Source: Saprospiraceae bacterium | GTDB taxonomy: Bacteria > Bacteroidota > Bacteroidia > Chitinophagales > Saprospiraceae | Direction of reading: 5' to 3' | Length of the DNA: 64,000 nt | Assembly: GCA_022842725.1 (NCBI GenBank) | Contig: JALHOZ010000001.1 | Span: 149,309 to 213,308 of the forward strand | Shown: in pieces, positions 46,499-55,245 of the stretch | How positions within the stretch are numbered: the stretch's first letter is position 1 | Layout of the letters: each line of letters begins with the position of its first letter | Program-made: the position numbers and the translations under genes | Notes under the pieces: model-generated | Told to the model about the DNA's origin: nothing | The model's input: the letters and a program-made list of their open reading frames with translations, nothing else | Databases searched by the model: none

Positions 46499-47818
46499 AT
46501 GAATAAGTATATAAAAATTTTAACAATAACCTCCTTCATCTTTCTTTTCTCATCGTGTGAAGATTATTTTGGAGATGTAAATGTGGATCCGAACAATCCT
46601 GGTGCTGTTCCTCCAAATACACTGTTAGCTCCTGCTCAGTCTATTTTAAGTTATGCGTATTGGGGTGACTTGAGCCGATATGTTGGGATATTTACCAAAC
46701 AAGTAGATGGAGTAGACAGACAATGGTCAGCATACCAGGATTATATCATAAGAGGTAATGATCTGGATGCATTTTGGCAAACTAATATTTATTCCAATGT
46801 TCTCACCGACTTGGATAAAATGAGAGAAGTCGTTGGACCTGCCAGTGAAAATGGGTTATATCATGGCATTGCGAATATTCTTGAGGCTTATACCATTTTA
46901 ATGCTTACAGATTATTTTGGAGATATTCCTTACACTGAAGCATTAAACAGGAATAAAGATGGTAATATTCAACCTAAATTTGATTCACACGAATCTGTTG
47001 TTAATGCGGCAAGAGCTTTATTGGAAAGTGGTAAAACTTTATTATCAGGACCATCAGCTTTAAATCCGGGAGCAGCCGATTTTATTTACGGCGGAGACAA
47101 GGCAAAATGGGAAAAGTTTGCTAATGCTATTTTGGCAAGAACATACCTGAATACTTCCGGCAGAAATAGCGGGGACTTAGACAAAGCATTGACAGCAGCA
47201 ACCAATAGTTTTACCAGCAATGCAGATAATGCAGGTGTTCCTTTTGAAGATAGTAAGCCGGGTCCCTGGTATCAGTTTAATGAACAAAGGACAGCAGTGA
47301 ATCTTGGAAGTTTTTACAAAGGCCTTCTGGAAAGTACTAATGATCCAAGAATTGATAAATTGGGGGCTGAATTGAGAGTGGAACACCCGGTATTGACAAA
47401 AACTGTGGCCATGCCATTTATTACTTACACTGAAATGTTGTTTATTATGGCTGAAGTTCAGCTGAAAAAAGGTAATAAAGCTGAAGCATATACTCATTAT
47501 ACCAATGCAATTGAGTCAACGTTTGACCGGTTTGGAGTTGAAGGTTTTACTGAGTTTCAATCTAACGCATCTGTTTTTCCGGGAGCTGATAACTTAAGCC
47601 TGGAAAATATCATTACGCAAAAATACATAGGGTTATTCCTTGATCCTACAGTATTTTCAGATTGGAGAAGAACCGGATTTCCTGCTTTGACGCCAAATTC
47701 CGGATCTCAAATTCCAAGAAGATTGCCTTATCCTCAGACTGAAACTGATTATAATGTAAATTGTCCGAGACCAAGTGAGGTTACAATCTTTAGCCGTGTT
47801 TGGTGGGATGCTAATTAA
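46499..47818 (+). CDS. SusD/RagB-family nutrient-binding outer-membrane lipoprotein
   Basis: Lipobox LFSSC immediately downstream of SusC, TPR-like helical content, and the C-terminal SDWRRTGFP motif typical of SusD-like proteins. Confidence 0.85.
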   Translation: MNKYIKILTITSFIFLFSSCEDYFGDVNVDPNNPGAVPPNTLLAPAQSILSYAYWGDLSRYVGIFTKQVDGVDRQWSAYQDYIIRGNDLDAFWQTNIYSNVLTDLDKMREVVGPASENGLYHGIANILEAYTILMLTDYFGDIPYTEALNRNKDGNIQPKFDSHESVVNAARALLESGKTLLSGPSALNPGAADFIYGGDKAKWEKFANAILARTYLNTSGRNSGDLDKALTAATNSFTSNADNAGVPFEDSKPGPWYQFNEQRTAVNLGSFYKGLLESTNDPRIDKLGAELRVEHPVLTKTVAMPFITYTEMLFIMAEVQLKKGNKAEAYTHYTNAIESTFDRFGVEGFTEFQSNASVFPGADNLSLENIITQKYIGLFLDPTVFSDWRRTGFPALTPNSGSQIPRRLPYPQTETDYNVNCPRPSEVTIFSRVWWDAN

Positions 47819-47843
47819 TTATTAAAAATTAAATTGATTAAAA

Positions 47844-48653
47844 ATGAAAATACGTTTTTTAAACTTTTCAGTTGTATTATCAATAATGATTTTATTTTTA
47901 TCCTGTTCACAGGAAAAAAATGATTATTTTGATTACACTGATGCACCTTCAGTAAAAGTTGCATCGAAAACAGGATTTGTAAATCTGATTAAACTGAGTG
48001 AAGAAGTGGTTAATATAGATTTCAGTAAAAATTCACAAACCGGTTTTTCCAATGTGAAAGTTTTTGTTTCTTATACACCACATACTTCAATTACAGAATT
48101 GGCCAGTGTAACAGGTGAAACCGGAACTTTTACCATGACAATACCAAATTTATTGACAAAATTGAATGTAAGTCAGAATGATGTTAAAGTTGGTGAGACT
48201 TTACGCTTTTATTTTGATATGGCTCAAAATGATGGCAAAGTTATCAGAGACAGAGATGTTGTAACACTTCCTTTTTCATGCCCTTCAGCTTTAGCAGGTG
48301 TATATACTTCGCTTACTTCCGGTTCATCTACAGATGGATGTTGTCCAAATCCGGAGGTTGATTTTCCGGGTGAAGTTACTCTGACAAAACTAAGTGATGG
48401 CAGATATCAAATTAGTGATTTTTCTGCGGGTTTATATTTCAAATGGTATGAAGTGTACGGAATTACCAGTGTAAATCAAACACCAGGTAAATTGTTGGAT
48501 GTTTGTGGCAATCTTTCTTTTTATGATACTCAGGAACCTTTTGCTACTCCAATAACCGGAATGGGATCAGTTGATTCAAACACAGGAGTTATTACCTATT
48601 CCTGGGAAAATGGATATGGTGATAAAGGAACTGTTAAATTGACACCTAAGTAG
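47844..48653 (+). CDS. Hypothetical surface lipoprotein (SusE/F-position accessory protein)
   Basis: Lipobox LFLSC, 269 aa, beta-rich. It is the third gene of the SusC/D unit and is followed by a strong terminator. Confidence 0.6.
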   Translation: MKIRFLNFSVVLSIMILFLSCSQEKNDYFDYTDAPSVKVASKTGFVNLIKLSEEVVNIDFSKNSQTGFSNVKVFVSYTPHTSITELASVTGETGTFTMTIPNLLTKLNVSQNDVKVGETLRFYFDMAQNDGKVIRDRDVVTLPFSCPSALAGVYTSLTSGSSTDGCCPNPEVDFPGEVTLTKLSDGRYQISDFSAGLYFKWYEVYGITSVNQTPGKLLDVCGNLSFYDTQEPFATPITGMGSVDSNTGVITYSWENGYGDKGTVKLTPK

Positions 48654-48680
48654 TTTTGATTAATCAAAGTTGAAATTATC

Positions 48681-48718
48681 GGGCAATCTTATTATTTAAG
48701 ATTGCCCTTTTTTTTTTT
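48681..48718 (+). terminator. Rho-independent terminator of the SusC/D/lipoprotein unit
   Basis: GGGCAATCTT (48681..48690) pairs with AAGATTGCCC (48698..48707). A T11 run follows. Confidence 0.85.
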
Positions 48719-48976
48719 AATATATTTATGTTCTTTACAGGTAAATTAGTTGAATTACTTATTCTCACAAAATGTATTTTGAAAATTCTTTTGTAAAATA
48801 CTGATTCAAGGATTACATCATGTCTAAACTTTTACAATCTTTTTGCAATACGATGGAAGGATTTTTTAAGACAATCTTGTTTCATATTTAGGAAAAGACA
48901 TGAAAAAGATTGAATTGACTTCTTCCATAAACTCTACCTTTAACAATGTTTTTGAATGACTATTTGTAGTATGTTT

Positions 48977-49411
48977 TTACTTCAACTTATTTCCATTCAT
49001 TATTTTTAGACAGAATCTTTCTAATTTCATTTTATTCTGTGGAAGGTCTTTTTTACAGGAATGTAAACATATGTCAAAATATTTATTTTTAAAGGCAAAT
49101 ACTTTCCTGATAAATATTACTTCAGAACTAATCTTTTTTTCAATCATGACGACCTGATTTTCTTCATCTATGTGATAAAAAACAGCTGATTCTCTTTGGT
49201 CGATAATTTCTTGTAAATAGTTCGATACATCCCTAACTTCCAGGATATTCCATTCAGAACAGGTTTCCTGTTCCTGGTAAATAGTAATAATGTTTGTATC
49301 CGATTGATTATAAGTGGTACCCTTCCGGAGTTTTACCTCTGCTTCAGGTGAATATAAAGATAAGGTAAAAAATATTACGTATGGTATCAGTAGGGCAATT
49401 GTCGGGGTCAT
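48977..49411 (-). CDS. Hypothetical small exported protein (paralogue of 33596..33973)
   Basis: 144 aa with a hydrophobic N-terminus and collinear similarity to the 125-aa ORF at 33596. Confidence 0.5.
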   Translation of the reverse strand: MTPTIALLIPYVIFFTLSLYSPEAEVKLRKGTTYNQSDTNIITIYQEQETCSEWNILEVRDVSNYLQEIIDQRESAVFYHIDEENQVVMIEKKISSEVIFIRKVFAFKNKYFDICLHSCKKDLPQNKMKLERFCLKIMNGNKLK

Positions 49412-49955
49412 AACAGTTTATTGAACAAAATAAAAATAACCCGAGTCATTCACTTTCTTTTATTATATAAAATGTTGTAAATTGACTCGGGGGTCGCCTA
49501 ATTCGGAACTTTAAACGGGTTACATTAGATTCAGTTGTTGACCAGGTTTGATTCCTGATCGGTTTCATTTCAATATTATCAGAGGATAATTAAACAGCGC
49601 CGGGGGTAAATTTTTATAAGATTCTGTTTTTATGAAAATATGATTTTGGAAAATATTATCGGTAGTATTTTATAACCTAATCTTGTTGCTTTCGTAAAGA
49701 GATGTTTTAAAGTACATTATGATTATTGATTCAACCTGTTTTATATTATTTTTATTATGAAAACCTCAATAATTTGTGTTTACATTTCCGGTAAAGTTCA
49801 AGCTTAAGTAAATTTTCAGCAATAAATAAATACATTTTAATAATCTTGTTCTGAAAATACTGGTAACAACATTCAGGCTTTTTTTATTCTCAATAACCAC
49901 AAAATTGCACAATGAGCCGGCAACATCATCATATTGCCGACTCTCCGTGAATGTT

Positions 49956-50486
49956 TTATGATCTTGGAGGGTATATTCCCTCCAGGGCAATACAATAATT
50001 GATGGTTAAGTAAGGTTGCATATTGTTGTGCGCCTGGTTGCCTCCTGTGGCGGCCAACTGAATTGTTCCCGGATTTAAGGTTTCACCATTCTCTGGGTTG
50101 TTAGCGTTATAGATGTTGGAAGCAGCAACCCCAAAAGTTTTATTGGAAGGTTCCTGAGAATTTGCTTCTTCACTATTTCCCCGAAAAGTTGCTACGTGGG
50201 TATGTGCCGGTATTTCTGAAGTGATGAGTGTTACTTGTTCCTGACCGGCTGTTTCACCTAAAGTATAGGTTTTTCCACTCAAACTGGTACCTTGATTAAC
50301 AGCTACCCGGCCTCTTAAATCCGGCAGATTAAATGTGGTGATACCATCTCCTCCGTAGGTTGTTCCGATGAGACTGAACAAAGCCTGATATTCTGCTATC
50401 GACATAGCTTGTCCGTTGCAAAGCGCCCATCCTCTGGGTGCAAAATTAAATCCAAATGCTAAAATTTGGCCTATATATGGGTCCAT
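49956..50486 (-). CDS. Phage tail collar domain protein (MdpB-like), copy 2
   Basis: The N-terminal Collar-domain signature MDPYIGQILAFGFNFAPRGWALCNGQAMSIAEYQALFSLIGTTYGGDGITTFNLPDLRGR and the C-terminal NMQPYLTINYCIAL motif. 176 aa. Confidence 0.85.
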   Translation of the reverse strand: MDPYIGQILAFGFNFAPRGWALCNGQAMSIAEYQALFSLIGTTYGGDGITTFNLPDLRGRVAVNQGTSLSGKTYTLGETAGQEQVTLITSEIPAHTHVATFRGNSEEANSQEPSNKTFGVAASNIYNANNPENGETLNPGTIQLAATGGNQAHNNMQPYLTINYCIALEGIYPPRS

Positions 50487-50550
50487 AGATTATATTTTTG
50501 ACTGATTAAAATAAAAATGTGGTTATAAACTAATCTGAGGTCATGGAATG

Positions 50551-51081
50551 TTATGATCTTGGTGGAAACACTCCTGCCAATGCAATACAATAATTGACAG
50601 TTAAATAGGGCTGCATGTTATTGTGAGGTTGGTTTCCTCCCACAGGTGCCACCTGAACAGATCCTGAATTTAACGTTTCTCCGTTTTCAGGATTATTAGA
50701 ATTATATATATTGGTTTCCGCAACCCCAAAGGTTTTATTAGACGGTTCCTGAGAATTTGCTTCTTCGCTGTTACCTCTGAGGGTGGCAACATGTGAATGC
50801 GAAGGAATTTGGGCTGTGGTAAGGGTTACTGTCTCTGTTCCTGCTGTCTGACCCATAACATAGTTATTCCCTCCTGAAATCTGGCCTTGATTAATGGCAA
50901 CCCGGCCTCTCAGATCCGGAAGAGCAAAAGTGGTTCTGCCATCGCCACCATAATACGTACCAATAAGACTAAATAATGCAGAATTTTGAGCTATGGATAA
51001 TAATTGTCCATTGCACTGTGCCCAACCTTTAGGGGCATAATTAAAACTAAAAGCTTCGATTTGTCCGATGTAAGGATCCAT
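50551..51081 (-). CDS. Phage tail collar domain protein (MdpB-like), copy 1
   Basis: The same signature (MDPYIGQIEAFSFNYAPKGWAQCNGQLLSIAQNSALFSLIGTYYGGDGRTTFALPDLRGR ... NMQPYLTVNYCIAL). 176 aa, gap-free alignment with copy 2, 131 of 176 identical by my hand count. Confidence 0.85.
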   Translation of the reverse strand: MDPYIGQIEAFSFNYAPKGWAQCNGQLLSIAQNSALFSLIGTYYGGDGRTTFALPDLRGRVAINQGQISGGNNYVMGQTAGTETVTLTTAQIPSHSHVATLRGNSEEANSQEPSNKTFGVAETNIYNSNNPENGETLNSGSVQVAPVGGNQPHNNMQPYLTVNYCIALAGVFPPRS

Positions 51082-51147
51082 AATATTTCAAATTTTAATG
51101 ATGAATAATGATTGGCAAAATTATGGATATCCGGAATTTTAAACAGT

Positions 51148-51189
51148 CGTATAAGTACGTATGTAGAAAGTGCGTACTTATACGTATAA
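51148..51189. promoter_or_regulatory. 12-bp inverted repeat overlapping a TTATACGTATAA palindrome, upstream of the tail-collar genes
   Basis: CGTATAAGTACG (51148..51159) is the exact reverse complement of CGTACTTATACG (51173..51184). The 12-bp palindrome TTATACGTATAA lies at 51178..51189. The element sits 67-108 bp upstream of the start at 51081. Confidence 0.6.
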
Positions 51190-51496
51190 ACTAAAAAGAA
51201 GAAATAATGTACAAAAAATTGAAGTGTTGTGTAAGGAGGTTATACTTTCATACATATGCGATATGGCTAACAAATACCGAAATAGTTATTCAATAATTTT
51301 TTGTGGGTATCTAAAATACCGAAGAGGCCGGAGCTATTAAAAAACATCAGTCAATAATAGGGTGTTTTTTGGTAAAAACAAGGGGAATAGCCCGGCCATT
51401 TCGATATCAGTCTAATTCACTGTAACTATTCCGGGTGCAAAGAAAGTACTTCCGCCTCTTTTACTATACCGTAATTATACGTAAAATGGAATGCGT

Positions 51497-51512
51497 ATTT
51501 ATACGTATAAAT
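51497..51512. promoter_or_regulatory. Perfect 16-bp palindrome ATTTATACGTATAAAT
   Basis: It contains the same TTATACGTATAA core as 51178..51189. A half-site, TTATACGTAAAA, lies at 51475..51486. The palindrome is about 110-170 bp upstream of the + strand ORF. Confidence 0.6.
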
Positions 51513-51682
51513 ATTTCCGTGAGATGACAGGTTGTTTTTTTTGCCGGATAAACCTAAAAATTTGAATGATATGACACAAATCATATCTTGTTTAGAATAA
51601 TTCTAAACAATTACACATATTTTTGTCCGAAATATATACAGGAAAATATTTTAATAAACATAAATATCAGAAAGTCAGGCTT

Positions 51683-52006
51683 ATGTGTTTTCAGGAAATT
51701 TTGTGTGATACCAATGATGGCAGAATTGAAAGATCGTGTTGTGGAAATTTTATAAAACTAAGTTTTTTCCATATGGTAATGGTTTATACTACAGGGGATT
51801 TTCATTCTCTTTATTTTGCGATGAAAGAATGTTATGAAACCGTGAGATTTGATTCAAATAAACATACCAAATGTATTGTTTTTTCAACACCTGTCGAAAG
51901 TATGAAGCTTCGGTTTTCTGTGAGTGACATTGAACAAATCTTTTATTTGATCGAAACATCATATTTATTTTCGAAAACCTATAGTTTGGAAGAAGTACAT
52001 GTCTGA
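51683..52006 (+). CDS. Hypothetical small Cys-containing protein
   Basis: 107 aa from the first ATG (MCFQEILCDTNDGRIERSCCGNFIKLSFFHM...), or 127 aa from the TTG at 51623. I recognise no motif. It lies immediately upstream of the thioesterase gene. Confidence 0.4.
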   Translation: MCFQEILCDTNDGRIERSCCGNFIKLSFFHMVMVYTTGDFHSLYFAMKECYETVRFDSNKHTKCIVFSTPVESMKLRFSVSDIEQIFYLIETSYLFSKTYSLEEVHV

Positions 52007-52044
52007 AGATTTTTTATCTTCGTATGATATTTAATTAAGAAAGT

Positions 52045-52467
52045 ATGTATGATTTTGATTTGAAGGATTTTCCTTTTATTACTTATGATAAAATCCGGTA
52101 TGCGGATACAGACAGACAAGGTCATGTAAATAATGCGGTTTTTTCTACTTATCTCGAAACCGGTCGGGTGGAATTTTTGTATGACAAAGATTTTCCTTTT
52201 GCAGACAATAATTCGAGTTTTGTCATTGCATCTTTACATATAAATTTAAAAAAAGAAATTTTGTGGCCCGGCAAAGTTGAAATCGGTACCGGAATCATCA
52301 GGATAGGAAACAGTTCCATCAAACTATATCAAAAATTGTATCAAAACCATAAGTGTGTTGCCGATGCTGAAACCATTATTGTTCAGGTTGATAATATTAC
52401 AGCGTCTTCAATGACATTGGATGAAAAGGTGAGGCAAAAACTTCAACAATATGTAATTCCTCAATAA
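52045..52467 (+). CDS. Hotdog-fold acyl-CoA thioesterase (4HBT/YbgC-like)
   Basis: The motif RYADTDRQGHVNNAVFSTYLETGRVEF is present. 140 aa. Confidence 0.85.
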   Translation: MYDFDLKDFPFITYDKIRYADTDRQGHVNNAVFSTYLETGRVEFLYDKDFPFADNNSSFVIASLHINLKKEILWPGKVEIGTGIIRIGNSSIKLYQKLYQNHKCVADAETIIVQVDNITASSMTLDEKVRQKLQQYVIPQ

Positions 52468-52679
52468 AGTATCACATTATATAATTCATAAAATTGGTTT
52501 TTTTTGTTAGGTTATAGTGTGTATTTCATTTATAAATCAACCATACTGATTTTTGTTATGTCTTAAAAAAAAGGTGTGGAATATAACAGATATACACCTT
52601 TATAACAATCCATATTTTGATTATTTTGTTAACCAAAATATATCGTTATAAACTTCGTAAAACCGTAGCTGCCGGCAGA

Positions 52680-53699
52680 TTATTTTTTCAAAAAGCTGAT
52701 CAATCCTTCAAAATAGGTTTTCTGATCATCATACATACACATATGACTGCCTTTTTCGCAATATAAATATGTTCCGTTTTTTACCTCAGAAGCCATCCAT
52801 TCCATATGTTTGGGGTCCATTGTGTCGTGTCTGGCACCTATCACCAATGTAGGTACTTCTATTTCTTTTAATCTGTTTTTTACCGACCAGGTTTCCAGTT
52901 TTCCTGCAATACCAAATTCGCTGGGTCCCTGCATCGTTACATACAAAGATTGGTTTAATCTGCCGAAAGAACGGTTGACGGGTTCCGGCCAGGAGTCAGA
53001 CGGCATACGAAGAATGTGTTTGGTGTAAAAATGTTTTGTCAACAATTCCATGTATTTCGGATTGCTGAAATCGCCTTTTTGTTCTATCATCCGGATTGAA
53101 TCCAGGACATTGGGATCCATAAGATCTGCTAAAACTTCATCAGCGTATTTTCCATACTCAGGTGCGTCAGACATCATATTGGAAATAATCAGTCCTTTCA
53201 GATTATTTTGGTACTTTAAGGCATATTCCATACACAAAATACCTCCCCAGGAATGTCCGAGAAGATAAAAATTGTCTTTGTTCAAACCTAAAGATATTCT
53301 TACCTGCTCGACTTCATCAACATATCGTGCCAAATCCCACATTGACGTATCATTTGGATTGTCTGAAAATCCGCATCCCAATTGATCGTAGTATATGATT
53401 TCAATACCTTCTCCGGGCAAAAAACTTTCAAAACATTCAAAATATTCGTGTGTCATACCGGGTCCACCATTAAGTAGCAACAACTTTGTGGTCGGATTAT
53501 TTCCAATTGTTTTTGTCCATATTTTAAATTCACCTTTCGGAGTATTGACAGGTATAATTTGTACTCCACCTGTCTGCATTCCGGGATTTTTCGGTAAAAA
53601 ATAGGCATTGTTATTTTTTATTGAATGATTTTTACACCCTGCCATGAAGGATACAAAGAACAATCCGGAGATGAAGTATATATAAATCGTACGCAGCAT
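52680..53699 (-). CDS. Proline iminopeptidase-family alpha/beta hydrolase lipoprotein
   Basis: Lipobox FMAGC, LLLNGGPGMTHEY, the nucleophile elbow GHSWGG, and a C-terminal Asp/His region (GARHDTM ... GSHM). Confidence 0.85.
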   Translation of the reverse strand: MLRTIYIYFISGLFFVSFMAGCKNHSIKNNNAYFLPKNPGMQTGGVQIIPVNTPKGEFKIWTKTIGNNPTTKLLLLNGGPGMTHEYFECFESFLPGEGIEIIYYDQLGCGFSDNPNDTSMWDLARYVDEVEQVRISLGLNKDNFYLLGHSWGGILCMEYALKYQNNLKGLIISNMMSDAPEYGKYADEVLADLMDPNVLDSIRMIEQKGDFSNPKYMELLTKHFYTKHILRMPSDSWPEPVNRSFGRLNQSLYVTMQGPSEFGIAGKLETWSVKNRLKEIEVPTLVIGARHDTMDPKHMEWMASEVKNGTYLYCEKGSHMCMYDDQKTYFEGLISFLKK

Positions 53700-53721
53700 T
53701 GATGATATTATTTTAAGATGA

Positions 53722-55245
53722 TTATTTGTTAATATGAACGGAATAATAGCCCTTTGGAGCCGTTGGTGGTTTTGTTTCTGTTTTTCCGGATTCTGAAGAT
53801 GCGGAAATATAATATTCTACAGAGGTATTTGGATTTTTAACGGGAAGTACACCGGAAAAATGTTGGTCATTTCCTTCAGACGTAAGTAAAACTGATTCCC
53901 AGTTTTTATCGCCTTTTATCCTCCAGTATAGTTTTTGTGATTCAGGAATTAATCCTTTTTTACTATAATCAATTATGGTTACATATACTTTCTGCTGTTC
54001 TCCATAATTGATGTTTGTTGGAATTTTTTTCACACTCATATACAGCATTTCCGGGTCCCAAAGGGCTCTGGTGCGACAATGTAAAGCATCACCATGAGTC
54101 CACCCATAGCCGGTGGAATAATTATTTTTCATTTCTTCCGACATCAATGGTTCATCTGCCAAAACAAAGGTAAACCCCTTGACTGTATAACCGGGCATAA
54201 CTTCCTGCCAGGTTTTGATTGCCATACTATCTTCCCGGATATTAAATAAGGGTACATAAATGGTTTTATTTACTATTATAGAATTGGTATAAGCTGCCAA
54301 ATGATTGTCATGATACCTGCCGGTTTTTATGCGAAAGATTTCATACGGTCGACCATAGACAGAAGTTAATGTTTTTAGTTCATGTTGTACAATGTGTTCA
54401 TAAATTGGATATAGTTCATGGTCTTCAGGTGGTTCTGCGACCAAAATTTTTTCCTCATCCAATAATTTCATCAAACAATCAATATGTTGAATGCCTCGTT
54501 TTTCAAAATTGGAGAGAATGTGATACTTTTTAAAGCCTGAAAGGGAATCGTTAAGTTTGAAAAATCGGGAATCGGGGATGTTATAAAAACGATTTTCATT
54601 CAATATAATACAACTTGAAAAAGCACTTCCCAATCCATCGGTCATAACATTTCCTCCTGTGTTGATAAAAGGAAGATCAAGAACAGGTATACCTAAACTT
54701 TTGCCAATAGAAATTGTGGCATTGTCATCGGTCTCTGTTTTAATGATGTTCTCATGTTCATCTTTATATAAAAATAGGAGTGAATCATTACAATCCAATC
54801 CTGAAACGGGTGTGGCAAAAATATATTTACCGTCTCCGAGATATAAACTTCCGTCAGTTGTAAATACGGCACCGGGACCCCAATCTCTGGTCCACCATGC
54901 GTCAATTCCTTGTTTTGCCTGAATAAAGGTGGTTCTGGCCGGATCAATGCCCCATTTTGTGTACCAGTATCCGGCCTGTTGTATATCTGTTTCATTATCA
55001 ACCAAAGTATAAAGATGGCTGTCATTTGCCAGTTCAACAGCCAGTTTGTGAGGTACACATAATGGCCAGGTGATCATAGTACCTGTAACTGGTTCCCATT
55101 CTGCAGCTGTTCTGTTATTACTGCCCTGAATAAAAAAATGTTGGTTTGATAACTGAGATTGTCCATAGATAGGATAGTAATAAAGCACAACTAAAAACGA
55201 AATCAGAATATACAATTTTATAAAATTCAGCGATGGGTTCATCAT
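53722..55245 (-). CDS. Secreted agmatine deiminase / Porphyromonas-type peptidylarginine deiminase (PAD_porph) family protein with extra C-terminal beta-sandwich domain
   Basis: Signal-peptide-like N-terminus, AAEWEPVTGTMITWP, DAWWTRDWGP, GGNVMTDG, and a catalytic-Cys region GDALHCRT. An additional roughly 100 aa follows (…VEYYISASSESGKTETKPPTAPKGYYSVHI). Confidence 0.8.
   Translation of the reverse strand: MMNPSLNFIKLYILISFLVVLYYYPIYGQSQLSNQHFFIQGSNNRTAAEWEPVTGTMITWPLCVPHKLAVELANDSHLYTLVDNETDIQQAGYWYTKWGIDPARTTFIQAKQGIDAWWTRDWGPGAVFTTDGSLYLGDGKYIFATPVSGLDCNDSLLFLYKDEHENIIKTETDDNATISIGKSLGIPVLDLPFINTGGNVMTDGLGSAFSSCIILNENRFYNIPDSRFFKLNDSLSGFKKYHILSNFEKRGIQHIDCLMKLLDEEKILVAEPPEDHELYPIYEHIVQHELKTLTSVYGRPYEIFRIKTGRYHDNHLAAYTNSIIVNKTIYVPLFNIREDSMAIKTWQEVMPGYTVKGFTFVLADEPLMSEEMKNNYSTGYGWTHGDALHCRTRALWDPEMLYMSVKKIPTNINYGEQQKVYVTIIDYSKKGLIPESQKLYWRIKGDKNWESVLLTSEGNDQHFSGVLPVKNPNTSVEYYISASSESGKTETKPPTAPKGYYSVHINK

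Noticed and set aside
49766-49990. 74-aa minus-strand ORF overlapping the 3' end of the tail-collar gene
   Set aside because: It overlaps the conserved C-terminus of the tail-collar ORF out of frame and continues into AT-rich spacer. There are no supporting features.
49956-51081. Prophage or tailocin interpretation of the tail-collar genes
   Set aside because: No capsid, portal, terminase, sheath, tube, baseplate, lysis or integrase genes and no att-like repeats are visible within 10 kb on either side. I therefore call them orphan collar-domain genes, not a mobile element.
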